Positions 21,788 through 34,599 of a stretch of 64,000 nt of DNA are shown in pieces (positions within the stretch are counted from its first letter, which is position 1; every line of letters starts with the position of its first letter). This stretch comes from Lama glama. Lineage: Eukaryota. A model generated the notes under the pieces. The model did no database searches. It had not been told where the DNA came from and was given only the letters and a program-made list of their open reading frames with translations. Where the stretch lies: positions 20,152,001-20,216,000 of the forward strand of contig CM052816.1 in assembly GCA_028534125.1 (NCBI GenBank), written 5' to 3'. The position numbers were made by a program, and so were the translations under genes.

Positions 21788-24289
21788 GCATTACATGAGG
21801 CAAAGGAGTATTGGATGGCACAAATAAGACCCACATTTGAGTCTTAGAGCACTAATGCATCCTACTCACATGTTGTCTTGTCTCCTCCCTTCTCCCTTCG
21901 TCACTTTCTGGAGCGATCAGAAGCTCTGCACCAAATGTTGGTAATATGGCATACTAGGTTACACTCTAGCTCCTGTTTCTGTATCTTATCTGAAAAGGAG
22001 TGTGTTGAAAGCTGTGAGGCAGAGAGAAACATATTTAGAATTTGTGCAGGCAGGCATGTCTTGAGTGGGGTTTTGATTTTAGCTGTGAACTCATGAGGGT
22101 GAGTGTAAGCTCTTTAGTAGACTATGTGTAGGAGGTGGCCCTCTCTGTAGCCGAGCTTCAGAATGGAGACTGGCTCTTACTCATCTCTAGCACCTTGTTC
22201 AGCACTGCCTTGAAATCAATGACGTATTTGTGAGATTAGATGAGAAAACAGGCTCTGCGTTGGCTCAGGTAGTCAGGACACAGTCTAATACTACTAAAAT
22301 CTGGGACCTAGTGTTGCAGGCAGTGGGGGAGAACCAAGATGTGTATCAGTTTTATCTGAACATCCGCATTCCTACATGAAGCCCACGTTAATTGTGTGAG
22401 ATATCCCCTCTTCTCCCAAATCCCAGGTTCTGATCAGAAGAGCAGCTGTTGCCCATATAGGTGAAGGCGATGGAGGTTACTGCTGGCAGAGCTGCCAAAG
22501 TGTTCTGGTTCTCTCTCTCTCTCTCTGGCTGACTTTGCCTTTTGCCTTCTCTCAACCTGATCTGGTGGTGCAACAGTTTGCCTGCCTTCTGGGTTCAACT
22601 CAAAATGGTGTGGGAACTTCCTAGTTCAAGAGATTAAAAGTATCTTGTGAGGGCCAGACATCTTTCAAGGGGACTGAGAAGGAGGCTGCCCTGAGGTTTG
22701 AGGTCAGGGGATGATTCTGTTCACCTGTGGTTTTCACTTGATGTGAGGAGGGGAAGCTGCTGGGACATATTCTGGAAATGGAGCTGGGGCCATTTCTGAC
22801 TCCTATCTCAATACCCCTGTGCGGTTGTGACCTGCTGTCTAGGTTGCCGAAGTGATTCCAGGGACCCTGACTTTGGACCAGTAAGCAGCAGCTTTTACCC
22901 CATAAGCTCCAAGCTTACCTCTCTTCTAGCTCCCTCCTAAGGAGTCCCAGTCCCCATGGCCACTATTGATGAGGCTCCAGATTTAAAAGCCCCTCCTTAA
23001 GAAGCCTTTCTCTACCTAACAGTATAATTAATCTCTGCTCGGAAACCCTATAGTTCTTTCTCTCAAAACCCCAAAACTACCTCATTTGTCTGCTAGGAAG
23101 CCTAGAGATGCCACGTTCTGGGAATCCTTTACTCCCGGCATGTCCTTCTTTTTGGGCTCTTTGTGCTTCTCTCCCAGGCCACCCCTTGGCATGTGGATTG
23201 GACAGTACTCCCATCTGAGACCTTCCAGAGGAGGCTGTGGCTTAGTGGGCTAGAGCTGTGGAGGGTCAGACAGGTCTGGGTTGGATTCCCACTCTGGGCC
23301 TGAGCCTTCCCATGCCATTCTGCATCCACCAGGGAGAGACCAAACACATTTCCTGGTCCCCTGGGAGTGAGGAAGGGTCTGGGGTCTCCAGGGCTAACTT
23401 GAATGTCCTGGGCTTTGCTGGGGTGAGGACATCCTGCCCCATGTTGTACCTATCTGCTCTTCTAGGAAGAGAGACCTGGGGAGAAATGGAGGGGAAGAAG
23501 GAGTGTGAGGGGAGGTCAAGTCTGCATGACCTTGGTCTGAGTTCTGTGTATCAGCCTCCTACCCTGTCAAATGGGCAACTGATTAGCTTACAGGTTTGTC
23601 AGAAAAAAGATGGATTTATATTTGTGAAAGGACGTGTGTGTGACAGGGAGGAATTTCCAACATGTCACTGACTATAAACAGCTAGCTTGAGACTTAGGTC
23701 TACCAAGGAGTGAGAGCCCGAAGGAGGTGCTAGGAACTGCCGACAGTGCTGGGACTGCCTGCCCAGCACCCCCAGGGCTCCGTGGAAGCACGCAGCTTGT
23801 CAGAGCTGGGTTTATCCCCAGTCATCCAGGGTTGTATGGCTTGCTAGGGGACAGGCGGGGCTTCCTTGGAGCCTCCCAACCCCATTCTCTGTTCCTCATT
23901 CTCACCTTTCCCCCACAAAAGGCCAAAGGATCCTTTCCATCATGCCCTGGGCTGTTCTCAAGAACCTGTGCCTAGCGGCAGTGGGACCCAGGAACCCCAA
24001 GAGGGCTGCTGGGAGGCTCCTTAGCATGCCTGAGGACGGAGGCAGGGCCAGGCCGCTGACGTTCACTCTAAGGAGCTCACCTTCTGCCATTACCACGGCG
24101 TTGTGTTAAAAGCCAAGCACCTGGGGTTCTTTCACCGGGGCCCTGTGCTGTGAGCTGGGGACGACAGCAGGTCAGACATGATGCCCACTGTCAGGCAGAG
24201 AAGATAAAGAATTGAGCAGTTACGGTGAAGTGTGTGAGTGCCAAAAGCTGGATTTCACTTTTGTTTCTTGGTGGTAAAGGTAATTTAGA

Positions 24290-24510
24290 CATTACAATAG
24301 CAGCTAACGGTGAGGGCTATGGACCAGGGACTCACTGTTCCATGTGTGCACACTGGTCAAATAAAGTAGTTACTATTATTATCTCCATTTCACAGGTAAG
24401 GGAACAAGCACACAGTTAAGCGACTTGCCTGAGGTCATAGAGCTGATGAGAGAGAACTGGGATTTGAATTAAGGTAAGATCTGACCCCAGCTTCCCTGAT
24501 TTTAATCACT
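24290..24510 (-). mobile_element. MIR SINE
   Basis: attattatctccatttcacaggtaaggg...cgacttgcctgaggtcatagagct...ggatttgaa. Confidence 0.7.
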
Positions 24511-24609
24511 AATTGACTCTTATTATAAAAAATGAGACAGCTACACAAAAGTAAGAAGAAAAACTATCCAAAGCTTCTCTCTCTTTAGGCCCTAAACATT
24601 CTTTTTCTT

Positions 24610-27600
24610 CCTTTTAAAGTTGCTTTTTTTTTATGAACATAACATAACACACTATAGGAAAATGCATCAAACAGATGTACAGCTTAACAAATTATTAAAA
24701 AGCAAATGCTTATGTAGCTATCACCCAGGCAGAGAAATAGAACTTCGCCAGCAGCCCATGCTCATTTTCCCAATCACCACCACCCCCTCCCTCCATAGGG
24801 AGCTATGATTTTGACTTTCATGGCAATCATTACCTTGCTTTTCTTTTTAGATTTTCCACCTAAATATATATGCTTACAGTTTACTGAGTTTTGGACTTTC
24901 ATATAAACTGAGTCATACAGTATGCTTTGTATATATTCTTTCGTGACTGGCTTCTTTCATTCTACATATGATTTTGAGATTTGTCTTGTTAGTTCAGTGT
25001 GTAGCGGTAGTTCATTCACTTTTGTTGCTGAATGGTATTGTAAAATATAGTGCAGTATATTTATCTAGTCTACTGTTAATGAACGTTTGAGCTATTGCCA
25101 GTTACAGAGTATTATGGATAATACTGTTAGGAACTTTCTTATACATATACATGTTTTTTGCTGCTTACAGGAGTAAACTTTGCATTTCTAGTGGGTATGT
25201 GCCTAGGAGTTGAATTGCTGGATGCATACATTCAACTTAATTAAGTAGCTAATGCCAAACAGTTGTCTCAAGTTGATTGAACCAATTTGCACTCCTTCCT
25301 CTAGCAGTGTGTGAGACTTCCTGTTGCCCTATATCCTTGCTAATGCTTGGCATTGTTAGTGTTCTTAATTTTAGGTAATCTTCTGGATCGCTCATTGTGG
25401 TCTGACTTTGCAGTTCCTTGCTGTTTAATCGTATTGATCATTTTCTCATATGTTTATGGGATTTGTGAAGTGCTTTTTCAAGTCTTGCTTATTTTTCTAT
25501 CGGAGTGTCTGTCTTTTTCTTATTGTTTTATGAAAGTTCTCTGTTTTGGATACGAGCCCTTAGTTGGTTATATATGTGACAAATTGTTCCCCTGTTCTGT
25601 GTCTGGCTTGCCTTGGCACTCCTAATGGCGTCTATTAATGAACAGAAGTTTTTTTTAGGAAATAATAGCTGTTTTATTGAGATCAACTTTGCACATCTAA
25701 ATTCACAGATTTTAAGTTGTTCAATCAGTTTTGACAATTGTTTATATCTGTGTGACCCCACCCCAAACAGCACATATGACATATCCATCACCCCAGAAAG
25801 TTCCCTAGTGCTTCTTTCTAGGTGCTTCTTTACCTACTGTTCAGAGGTAACCATTTTCTGATTTTTATCGCCATAGATTGGTTCGACCTGTTCTGGAACT
25901 TCATATAGGTGGGATAAAAAGTGTATTCTATTGTATCTTACTTCTTTTGATTAACACAGTGGTTTTACTTCCGTGCATTGTTTTTAGATTCACCTATATT
26001 TTTGCATTATCAGCAGTTTGTTGCTTTTTATTGCTGAGTAGTGGTCGTTGAACTAATAGGACATCATTTGTTTATTCATTCTTCTGTTGATGGACATTTG
26101 TATTGTTTCTAGATGTATATGTATATGTATATGGATTTAATATATATTATACATATTACATGTATGTTGATACTTTAGTAATATTTAATACTTAATATAT
26201 TAAATGTATAATATTAAACTTTACATTTTGAGGTAATTATAGATTAATGTGCAATTATAAGAAATAATATAAAGATCCTGTGTATCTCTTACCCAATTTT
26301 CCTTGATGACATTTTGTAAAACTAGTACAAAATAGTCCACTATCACAGCCAAGATATTAACATTGATACAGTCAAGATACAGAGCATTTGTATCACCACT
26401 AAGATCCCACTAGTTGCCCTTTTATAGCCATTCCCACTTCCCTCCCACTCTCAACCCCTTCTTAATCCCTGGCAACCACCAATCTGGTCTCCATTTCTAT
26501 TATTTTGTCATTTCAAGAATGTTGTTGTTAGTTTCAGGTGTATAGCAAAGTGATTCAGTTGTACATATACATACATATATATTTTTTCTTTTCAGATTCT
26601 TTTCCATTACATATATGTTTTCTGAGTAAGAGTAGATTTATTCAGAGAGATGTACACTCCATAGAGTGCAGCTGTCTTGGAAGGTGAGAAAGCAAGAGAG
26701 CCATTATATGTTATTACAAGAAATTGAATATAGGTCCCTGTGCTCTACAGTAGGTCCTTGTTGTTTCTTTTATATGTAGTAATGTGTGTCTGTTAATCCA
26801 TGGGGATCACATTTAACAGCCTAATTTTATAACAATCTATTTTAAAACTTTGCTCTTACACATCTCCATCCTCCCCCCTTTAAGTTGTTGTCACTCACAA
26901 CACCTTTATGCATTGTGTGCTCAGTAGCATAGATTTGTAATTATTTTCCATGTGTTTGTCTTTTAAATCTTGTGGGAAACAGAAAGTGGAGTTATAAACC
27001 AAAAATGTAATAATAGTTGTTTTTATATTTGCCTGTGTATTTATCTGACCAGAGATCTTTATTTCTTCTTGTGACTTTATGTACTGTCTAGTGTCCTTTT
27101 ATTTGTCTGAGGGGACCCCCTTTGACATTCTTGTAGGGCAGGTCTGATAGTATTGAACTCCCTCAGTTTTTAAAAAATCTTGGGGTGTCTTAATTTATCT
27201 CTCATTTTTGAAGGACAGTTTTGCTGAATTTAGGATGATTAGTTGATAGTTTTTCCTTTCAGCACTTTAGACATCCCACTGTCATCTGGCTTCCTTGGTC
27301 TCTGATGAGAAATTGTTAATCCTATTGGGGATCTCCTTTATGATCAGTTGCTTCTCTCTTGATGCTTTTAAGATTTTCTCTTTGTCTTTATTTTTCATGA
27401 GTTTGATTATAATGTGCCTCAGTGTGGATCTCTTTGAGTTTGTCCTGCTTGGAATTGAGCTTCTTGGATTTTTGGATTTGTAGATTTATGTTTTCCGTCC
27501 AGTTTGGGAAGATTTGGTTATCATTTTTCTTCAGATACTCTTTCTGCCCCTTTCTCTCTCTCTTCTCCTTCTAAGTTTCCCACAATCTATATTTTGGCGT

Positions 27601-28225
27601 GCCTGGTGGTATACCACAGGTCCCTTAAGATCGTTCACTTTGTTTTTTCCTCTCTGCTCTTTAGGCTTAATAATTTCAGTGGTCCTATCTTCATGTTTGC
27701 TGATTTTATTTCTGCCTGCCCAAATATGCTGTTGAACTCCTCTAGTGAATTTTAGTTATTTTACTTTTCAGTTCAGTAATTTCTGGATGTCTCATCTGAG
27801 TGCCAGGACTGTTAATGTGGTGTTAACCTGTGTTTAATAAGATTTCTTCACTCTGGCAGGGCCGTAACACCAATTTCCTTCAGCACTCTTTCTTTCAACC
27901 CAATAGGAGCTACTGTCTGGCAAGCTTCAGGTGGTCTCTTCCCACACATGTGTAGCCTAGCCATCAGTCACAGATTTATAAGAAACCCCTATACTGGGTC
28001 TTTCCACTGCCCTGCCTCTCAGATTATAGCTGCGTTAGCTGCTCTAAACTCTGAGCTCTTCCTCTTCAGCCCAGTAAGTAGTACTGTCCTGCTCTGTTTG
28101 GACTCCAGCTGTTTGAAACATGATTGAGAAACAAACAAACAAATAAATATTCCAGTTTTATAGTTGTTTATGGTGGGAGAGCCAGACTGGTATTGGCAAC
28201 TCCGTCAGAGTTAGAGGCAGCGTCC
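24610..28225 (-). mobile_element. Cluster of nested L1 fragments of several ages (L1ME/L1MB/L1MC-like plus a younger 3' end)
   Basis: Several L1 3' termini (~24620, ~25665, ~26220, ~26525) and T-rich antisense ORF-like sequence at ~26800-27780. Confidence 0.8.
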
Positions 28226-31200
28226 TCCTTTCTTTCTGGATGAAATGGACTGTGTTGGCAGAGATGTTGAGACAGATGTTAGGCAGAGCTAGCCACTCTC
28301 TCCGACCCCTGCCTTTGTCAGGTCTCTCTAAGCAGTAGGGAAATCCCTTGTTAGGCTCTGGGAGCGCATGAATGTGATATCTTGCATCCCCCATCCTTAG
28401 TATACTCCACGTGAAGGGACTCCTACTACATGAGCCCTGATAGCAAGATTCTCTTGGATCCTAGAAGTCATTCACCTTATTGTTGCCAACAAATAAAAAG
28501 TGTGTTCATTTCTCATTAAAAACTCAGTTCTGCCTCTGTTAGCCTGCCCTTTTGCAGCAAGGAAGTTAAGTTTGCCCTGTGGCCTGGTGGAGGGTTGATG
28601 GGAGCACATCTTCAAAGTTCTATTTGGCTTCTTAGCTACTGTAAGTCATTAGCACATGGACCAGACTCCCAGCCTTGGGCCTGCAGGCAGAAAGCCACGT
28701 TGTAAACCATGTTCCAGCAGAGGCAGACACACAAGGGATATCTTTCAGCCCATTAGGAAGGAGGCATAGCCAAGTCAAACATTAAAACAGAGAAACTCTG
28801 AGACATGCTACGCCTGTAAAGGGATATGAAGCTTGGCATCTCACCCTGCTCCAGAAGCCCACAGACAGCTCATTCATTCAACAGACATTTGATGACTGCC
28901 TGTACTGAGCCAGGCCCTGTGCTGGTACCAGGGGATACATGGTGAGACAAATATTCATCAAGGACTTGAGCTGGCTCCTAGGGTCAAATCTTGGTTTCAA
29001 AGAAAATTAAGGAAAAAATTGCATTGAACGTGTCTTTTCCGTATTTCTGTTTGAAGAAAAGAGCATATAAACTGAACTTATTTTCTGGAAAAGGATCCAG
29101 AGATTTCATTTTGGAAGCTGGGGCACTGCTTTGAGGGGGACCTCTGGCTGTGTTCTACCCACCCCCACACTCTTAGAACAGGACCTCTCAGAAGCCCATA
29201 CCTATCTGCGTTTCCACAGCTGAAGGACTGGACAGGCTCCAGCCTTTCTGGAGGCCGAGGACTCCTGATTTCCCTCCTCTTCCTCCTTTCTCCAAGAAAT
29301 AGATATCCGAGTTTGAGGCAGACCAGCCCACATGTAGGAGTAGGCATGGACTTCATCCCTGGGTTACTCCTGGACTGGACCGTCCATTCTTGCCCTCCTG
29401 GAACCCTCACTCTGTAGGTGGGTTTCTGGTAGGTAGAACAGGGGAATTTCTATCCTAGGTGCCATGAGCCTGACTCTGGAGCCGGAAGACTGCTGGCTAG
29501 GATGAACATTGTGGGTCTGTGTTCTTTGGATAAGTGAGTCCACCACCCTCAGATAAATTCTTGGTATTTTCTCTGAAAATTCACTTTCTGTTGAAGGGAG
29601 GTCTCTGCAGGGTCTAATGGTCCTATGACTGCAGAGACTACCTAGGCTTCCAAGGGTGATTTCTGGGCTTCCTTTAGTTAGTTTTATAAATATAGCTGTG
29701 ACTTCTTTCTTTCTTCGGTCATTGTGAGTCTTCTGGCTTAGGTGCCTGGAGTCATAGAATAACGGAAGGCAGGCAGGGTTTTCTTGCCTGCTGGTGTAGT
29801 TTTGAGGTTTTCTTGGCCACATTGTTGGATAAAGCATCCATTTTGGGGTCAGACACTATCTGGGGCTGTGTGCCTGGACAATGCCCTTGGCTATTCCTTG
29901 TCCTGGATTCCCCGTCCTCTCTCCTCTGCCCCACCCACCACACTGCACAGCCCTTTCTCCCTTTTACCACTGTCACGGGCACGATAATGGTCCTCACATA
30001 TGTGGTGCCCCTCCATTGGCAGGCTTAGATTTTTGAGGAAACAGATTTTTTTTTTTCGGGAGGAAAATCTATGCTATCACAGTCATTATTTGTGATAGAA
30101 ATGTATTGACTTAAAAATACAAAAAAACAATTAGGCCTGGATAAGATAGCTTAGAAGAGTTCTCTAGGTGGAAGTAGGTGGACTACGTGGTATGCTCTGT
30201 TTTGTGGTTGAAATGGGATTGCGGACTCAGGAGGCTGGAGCCTGCCCTGAGGAGCAGAGGGAACCTTGTCAGTGCCACCACCAGGGGTCGCCAGAAGTTG
30301 CGCTACCGCTTTCCTGGGTTATTAGTTATAACGCCGGCTCTTGTCTCTCAGGAGAGCAGGTGTGAATGCTAGCCAAGAAAGAGGACACTGTTCTATAACC
30401 TGCTCTATTGTACAAAACAAGTAAGCTGTTTGGTTGTAACATTAACTGAGGGAGTAATGGGACCAAGACTTAGAAATAGTGCTCTGGATTCTCCAGGAAT
30501 GTGCCCGAAGGGGAGGAGTGGCAGGGACAGACAGAGAAGGGGAGTTCACAATTACTTGTGACTCAGGTAAAAAAAAAAAAAAAAAAAAAAAAGAAAACTA
30601 CAAACAGATACATCAATTAATAGGGAAAATATATGAAGCTGTGAGCCAGTATTGGCCAAACGTATCCGAAGTTTTCTGATAGACCAGACTTGGAGAACCA
30701 GGTTTTCATGGTGCATGAACTGCTCTGAGCCCTAATGAGTTTGATTCCTCCCTTCTCACACTCTCCGCACAGTGAGAGGAAGCTTTTCTATAATTGGTCC
30801 TTGAAACGTTACTACAATCACATTGTGGCCGCCTTCTGCTTATTTTTAATTACAAGGTCTATTGCATTGTTAAATTATTAACTGTGACAATTACTTATCT
30901 TGGCATTTTCTTATCTTGATGAAAATGAAAATAGCAAGGTCATGGTAGCTCACTGGAGGTTTTGGTCTGTGACAGCTGAAATTAAGCTGGACCAGCTCAG
31001 CAAATGTTTGCAGTGTGGGAAACAGCCGTGTTTGCAGAGGATCTGCTATTGGAACAGGGCTGAGGAGATGCAGCACCCACAGTGCTCTTTCTGGCTGGTT
31101 TGGCTGGGCCGGCAGGGGGAGGTGGGAGGTCCTGCTGTGGCCCCTTACCCTCTGACTTTGAGGAAGGGCCCTGAGCAGAGGGCTCACACCTGCAGAAGCT

Positions 31201-33680
31201 CTCTATCTGGTAAAAGTGACAGCCCAAGGCAGAGTCAGGAAGCAGAGCATGTCTTGCTGCCTCTCCTGATATGGCCCAGCTCTGCCCTGACTCATGGTAC
31301 CCCTTTTGCTTTTCTAAGTTCCCCTTATCTGAGGCCTGTTCCGGACCCCTTCTTCCCTACTCCTCTCAGCCCACACTAACCTCCCTTGCTGCTCACTGTT
31401 TGACAGCACTGGCAACAATGACAACAACTACGCTACAACAGTAACAATGACTAACATGTATTGTGTCTTTACTGTATACCTGGTGCCTTGCCCACAGTGA
31501 CTTGGCAAATGTCTACAAATGCTTATCATGGGGACCTCATTGTCATGCTGCCTTCTGTCCAGCAGGGGGTAGTGTGACTACACCATAAGGGGAACCCTTT
31601 ACCTCTGTTCTCCAGAAAAGTGAAACTTGAGAGTTTTTGAGCATCATGGAAGAATGCATCTGGCTTTGACAGTGGGTCCAAGGCTTTGACAGGCATTGAG
31701 GGTAAAAGGATGCACAATTATCACCACTCACTCCCCCAAGCCTTGGGCACTTGGAGTCCATCAGCCCCACTGTCAAATCATTCTATGCTCAATCCCCAGG
31801 CCCACTGACTTCATGGAAAGCAAAGTGCAGACGTGAACTTGGAAAGAAAGCTTTGGCCTCAGTCGACAGTACTGATTCAGTGGCAGGTATTTGATACCTT
31901 GCTTCCTTAGGGATACACAGATGGTTCCCAAACAAGATAGCCAGTTGGTAGGAATTAGAGGTTGGGGGTACACAGACCCGCAGAGGTGTTTCATGCATTA
32001 GTGGATGGCACTGCCCCTGAGAGACCATTTGTTGGTGTGGGGCAGCGGTTTCAATAAGCAAATCTCTAAGCTGAATAGAGTTTCTCAGGCAGAAGCCCGT
32101 GAAAAAGTCCCATCTTCCTCATAGCCTGGAGCCAACTGTTTCTATGTATCATTCCCAGAGGGGACGGGGCGAGGCTATTGGTGGGATGTGGTTGTGTCAG
32201 CTCCGACCTCTCTCACCTGTGGAGGACCCTGGGGAGAAGGTAAGGTATCAGCTGACTCTCGCCCTGGGCAATCTGTCAACCCAGCCCTGGCAGTGGTCTC
32301 ATGCCTTGGGGAACAGGCTAAAGAGCTTCCTGGAAGTGACTCCACTGACGTTTCTGACCACACCAGGGCCTGCTCAGGACGCTGAAGGCTGATTGTTTTA
32401 GGAGGGATTTTTGTATCTGGTCCCCAGCAAAGCTAGGCTGGGAGATCTCTGACTAACTTCTGTGTGGAGTTTAGAGGCTAGGTCCCTCAGCACAGCCCAT
32501 GTCAGAGGCTCCAGCTCTGAAGAACTTAAAGATCGATGTTGCTGCCCCTCCTCTTGGCTTCAGAAGGGCTTTTGGTTCAGATGTTCAAAGCAGCCCTGGG
32601 TTATCTTTGTAGCTTCTCCAGATTCCTCCCCTAGCCTCTAGGCCCCTTGTGAAGAGAAAATGCTAAGCTATCACAGACCGCTAACTCCACCCTCCCAACC
32701 ATCCACCTGCCGGCAGCCAGAGAGATCAATCAGAAAGAGTATAAACTGCACAATGTCTGCGCGTCCAAGGCCATGCCCACGTGGGAGGCCTCTTGCTCCC
32801 CACCACCGCACCTCACACGAACTGGCCTTTGCCGTAAAGGGGCTCAAGTTCAAGGAAGCTGTGTATGTGTGTGCATGCTCACCCCAAGCGCATTTGAGAG
32901 ATTTGCCTTTCACTGCCCGTGTTGCAGATGATAAGGACACGTTCCCTAATTTCTGACCTGGTTGATCATTTGGGGCCATTTGTGTACTCCGGTTTAAAGT
33001 AATAATAATAATATGTAGCAGTTTTGAGCACTTTAACACTAGCTAGGTTCTTCACATGGATTACCCAATTTAATTTTCACAAGAACTTTATGATGTAAGT
33101 GCTATATATAATACACATATGATATTATACACGTATTTTATATACTATTTATAATGTTCCAGTTATATAAGGTAGAATCTGAGATGTAGAGAGGTTAAAT
33201 TAAAGACTTCCAGGGAGAACTCGCTGAGGCAGAAACTTGAGTAGGGGGCTCAGAGGAGGCTGGCTGAGGAGCAAGAGACACGTTCAGGTCCCTCCCACCC
33301 CAGATGCTTGCACCATCTGATCTGGAGGGGGACGTGGGTCTTGGAAAGTACAGCACGGCCCGCCCTGCACAGTGTTAGAAGCAGGGAGGAATGGCAGTGT
33401 CCTTCAGGCTTGAGAAAGGCGTTCTGTCACACTTTGATATGGCAGATGGATTGACTTCCTGGAATTCAGAGAGGATGGGAGGGCAAACGTCTGGCAGATG
33501 GGTTACTGACGCTAGAAAACATAGGGGCTTCCTCAAGCCAGTAGTGGGCTTTTCCGGCTCACTGACAACTTTTCCCAAGACCACAGAGCCCCTGAGTTGG
33601 GACTCTGAATGTCTCTGTCTGAGAAAACTGTCCAGTGAGGTCAGCAGCAAGGAGGTCAGTTAAAAAAGTTAATTAAAAGT

Positions 33681-33800
33681 GGGGAGGGTATATAGCTCAG
33701 TGGTAGAGTGCACACCTTGCATGCATGAGGTCCTGGGTTCAATCCTCAGTATCTCCATTAAAATAAATAAAGTAAATAAAAACCTAATTAACCCCCCCCC
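33681..33800 (+). mobile_element. tRNA-Ala-derived camelid SINE
   Basis: ggggagggtatatagctcagtggtagag...gtcctgggttcaatcc...aataaaaacctaattaaccccccc. Confidence 0.9.
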
Positions 33801-34599
33801 AAATTAATTTAAAATGTGATAGGTTAGTTTGTATTTTTCAAATTGCTAAAACATATGCATAAGAAATTAATTCAAACAGTAGGAAATGGTGAAAACTAAA
33901 TCTCTGTCCCACTTCTGTCCCCATATGGTCGCTGTTCTTGTGTACCCTTCTGGAGACAATTCACGCAGGTGTAGTCATCTCTGCAAACGTGACAAATTGT
34001 TGAAATGGGTTCTCTACCTGAGTTTCACCTGAAGTCCCAAACTCAGCAAGTCTAACAAGCGGGGGTTCAGTAAGATAACTTATAGGAAAATTAATTGGAT
34101 AATTTGAATGTGGCTTCCTCTGATAGACACCTGCAGAGTCTAAATGTGAGATAGAGTGGGATGGATGAGAAGAGGAAAGGAGAGGAGAGGATGGGAGGAG
34201 AGAGAGAGGTGTGAGGTGCATTTGGAGCCAACTGTGCTTTTGCCAAAAGCAAGGGTATTGATACATACATGTTCTTATAGGCCAGATATGGGCACAAGGG
34301 GCAGAGGGATGGTCTAAAAAGATAGATCAGAAGGGGAAGGCAGCCCTAAAGACAGATAGATCCTGAAATGCCCCTAGATTGAGGGAGGGAGGAAATCAAC
34401 AGCCATCCAGAAGAAAATGCAACCATACGTTACCACATTGGTCTCTAAGGAAGCCACAGAAGTACTCCTGAGAGGAAGGTCAAGTCTAGAGAAAACCAGC
34501 TTTAAACATCAACTGTGACCAGAGGAAGCCAGTGCCAGATGACAATGGTGACAGTCAAATATCCTCCTCCTTCTCTCGCATTCATCGTGGTAATCGGAA

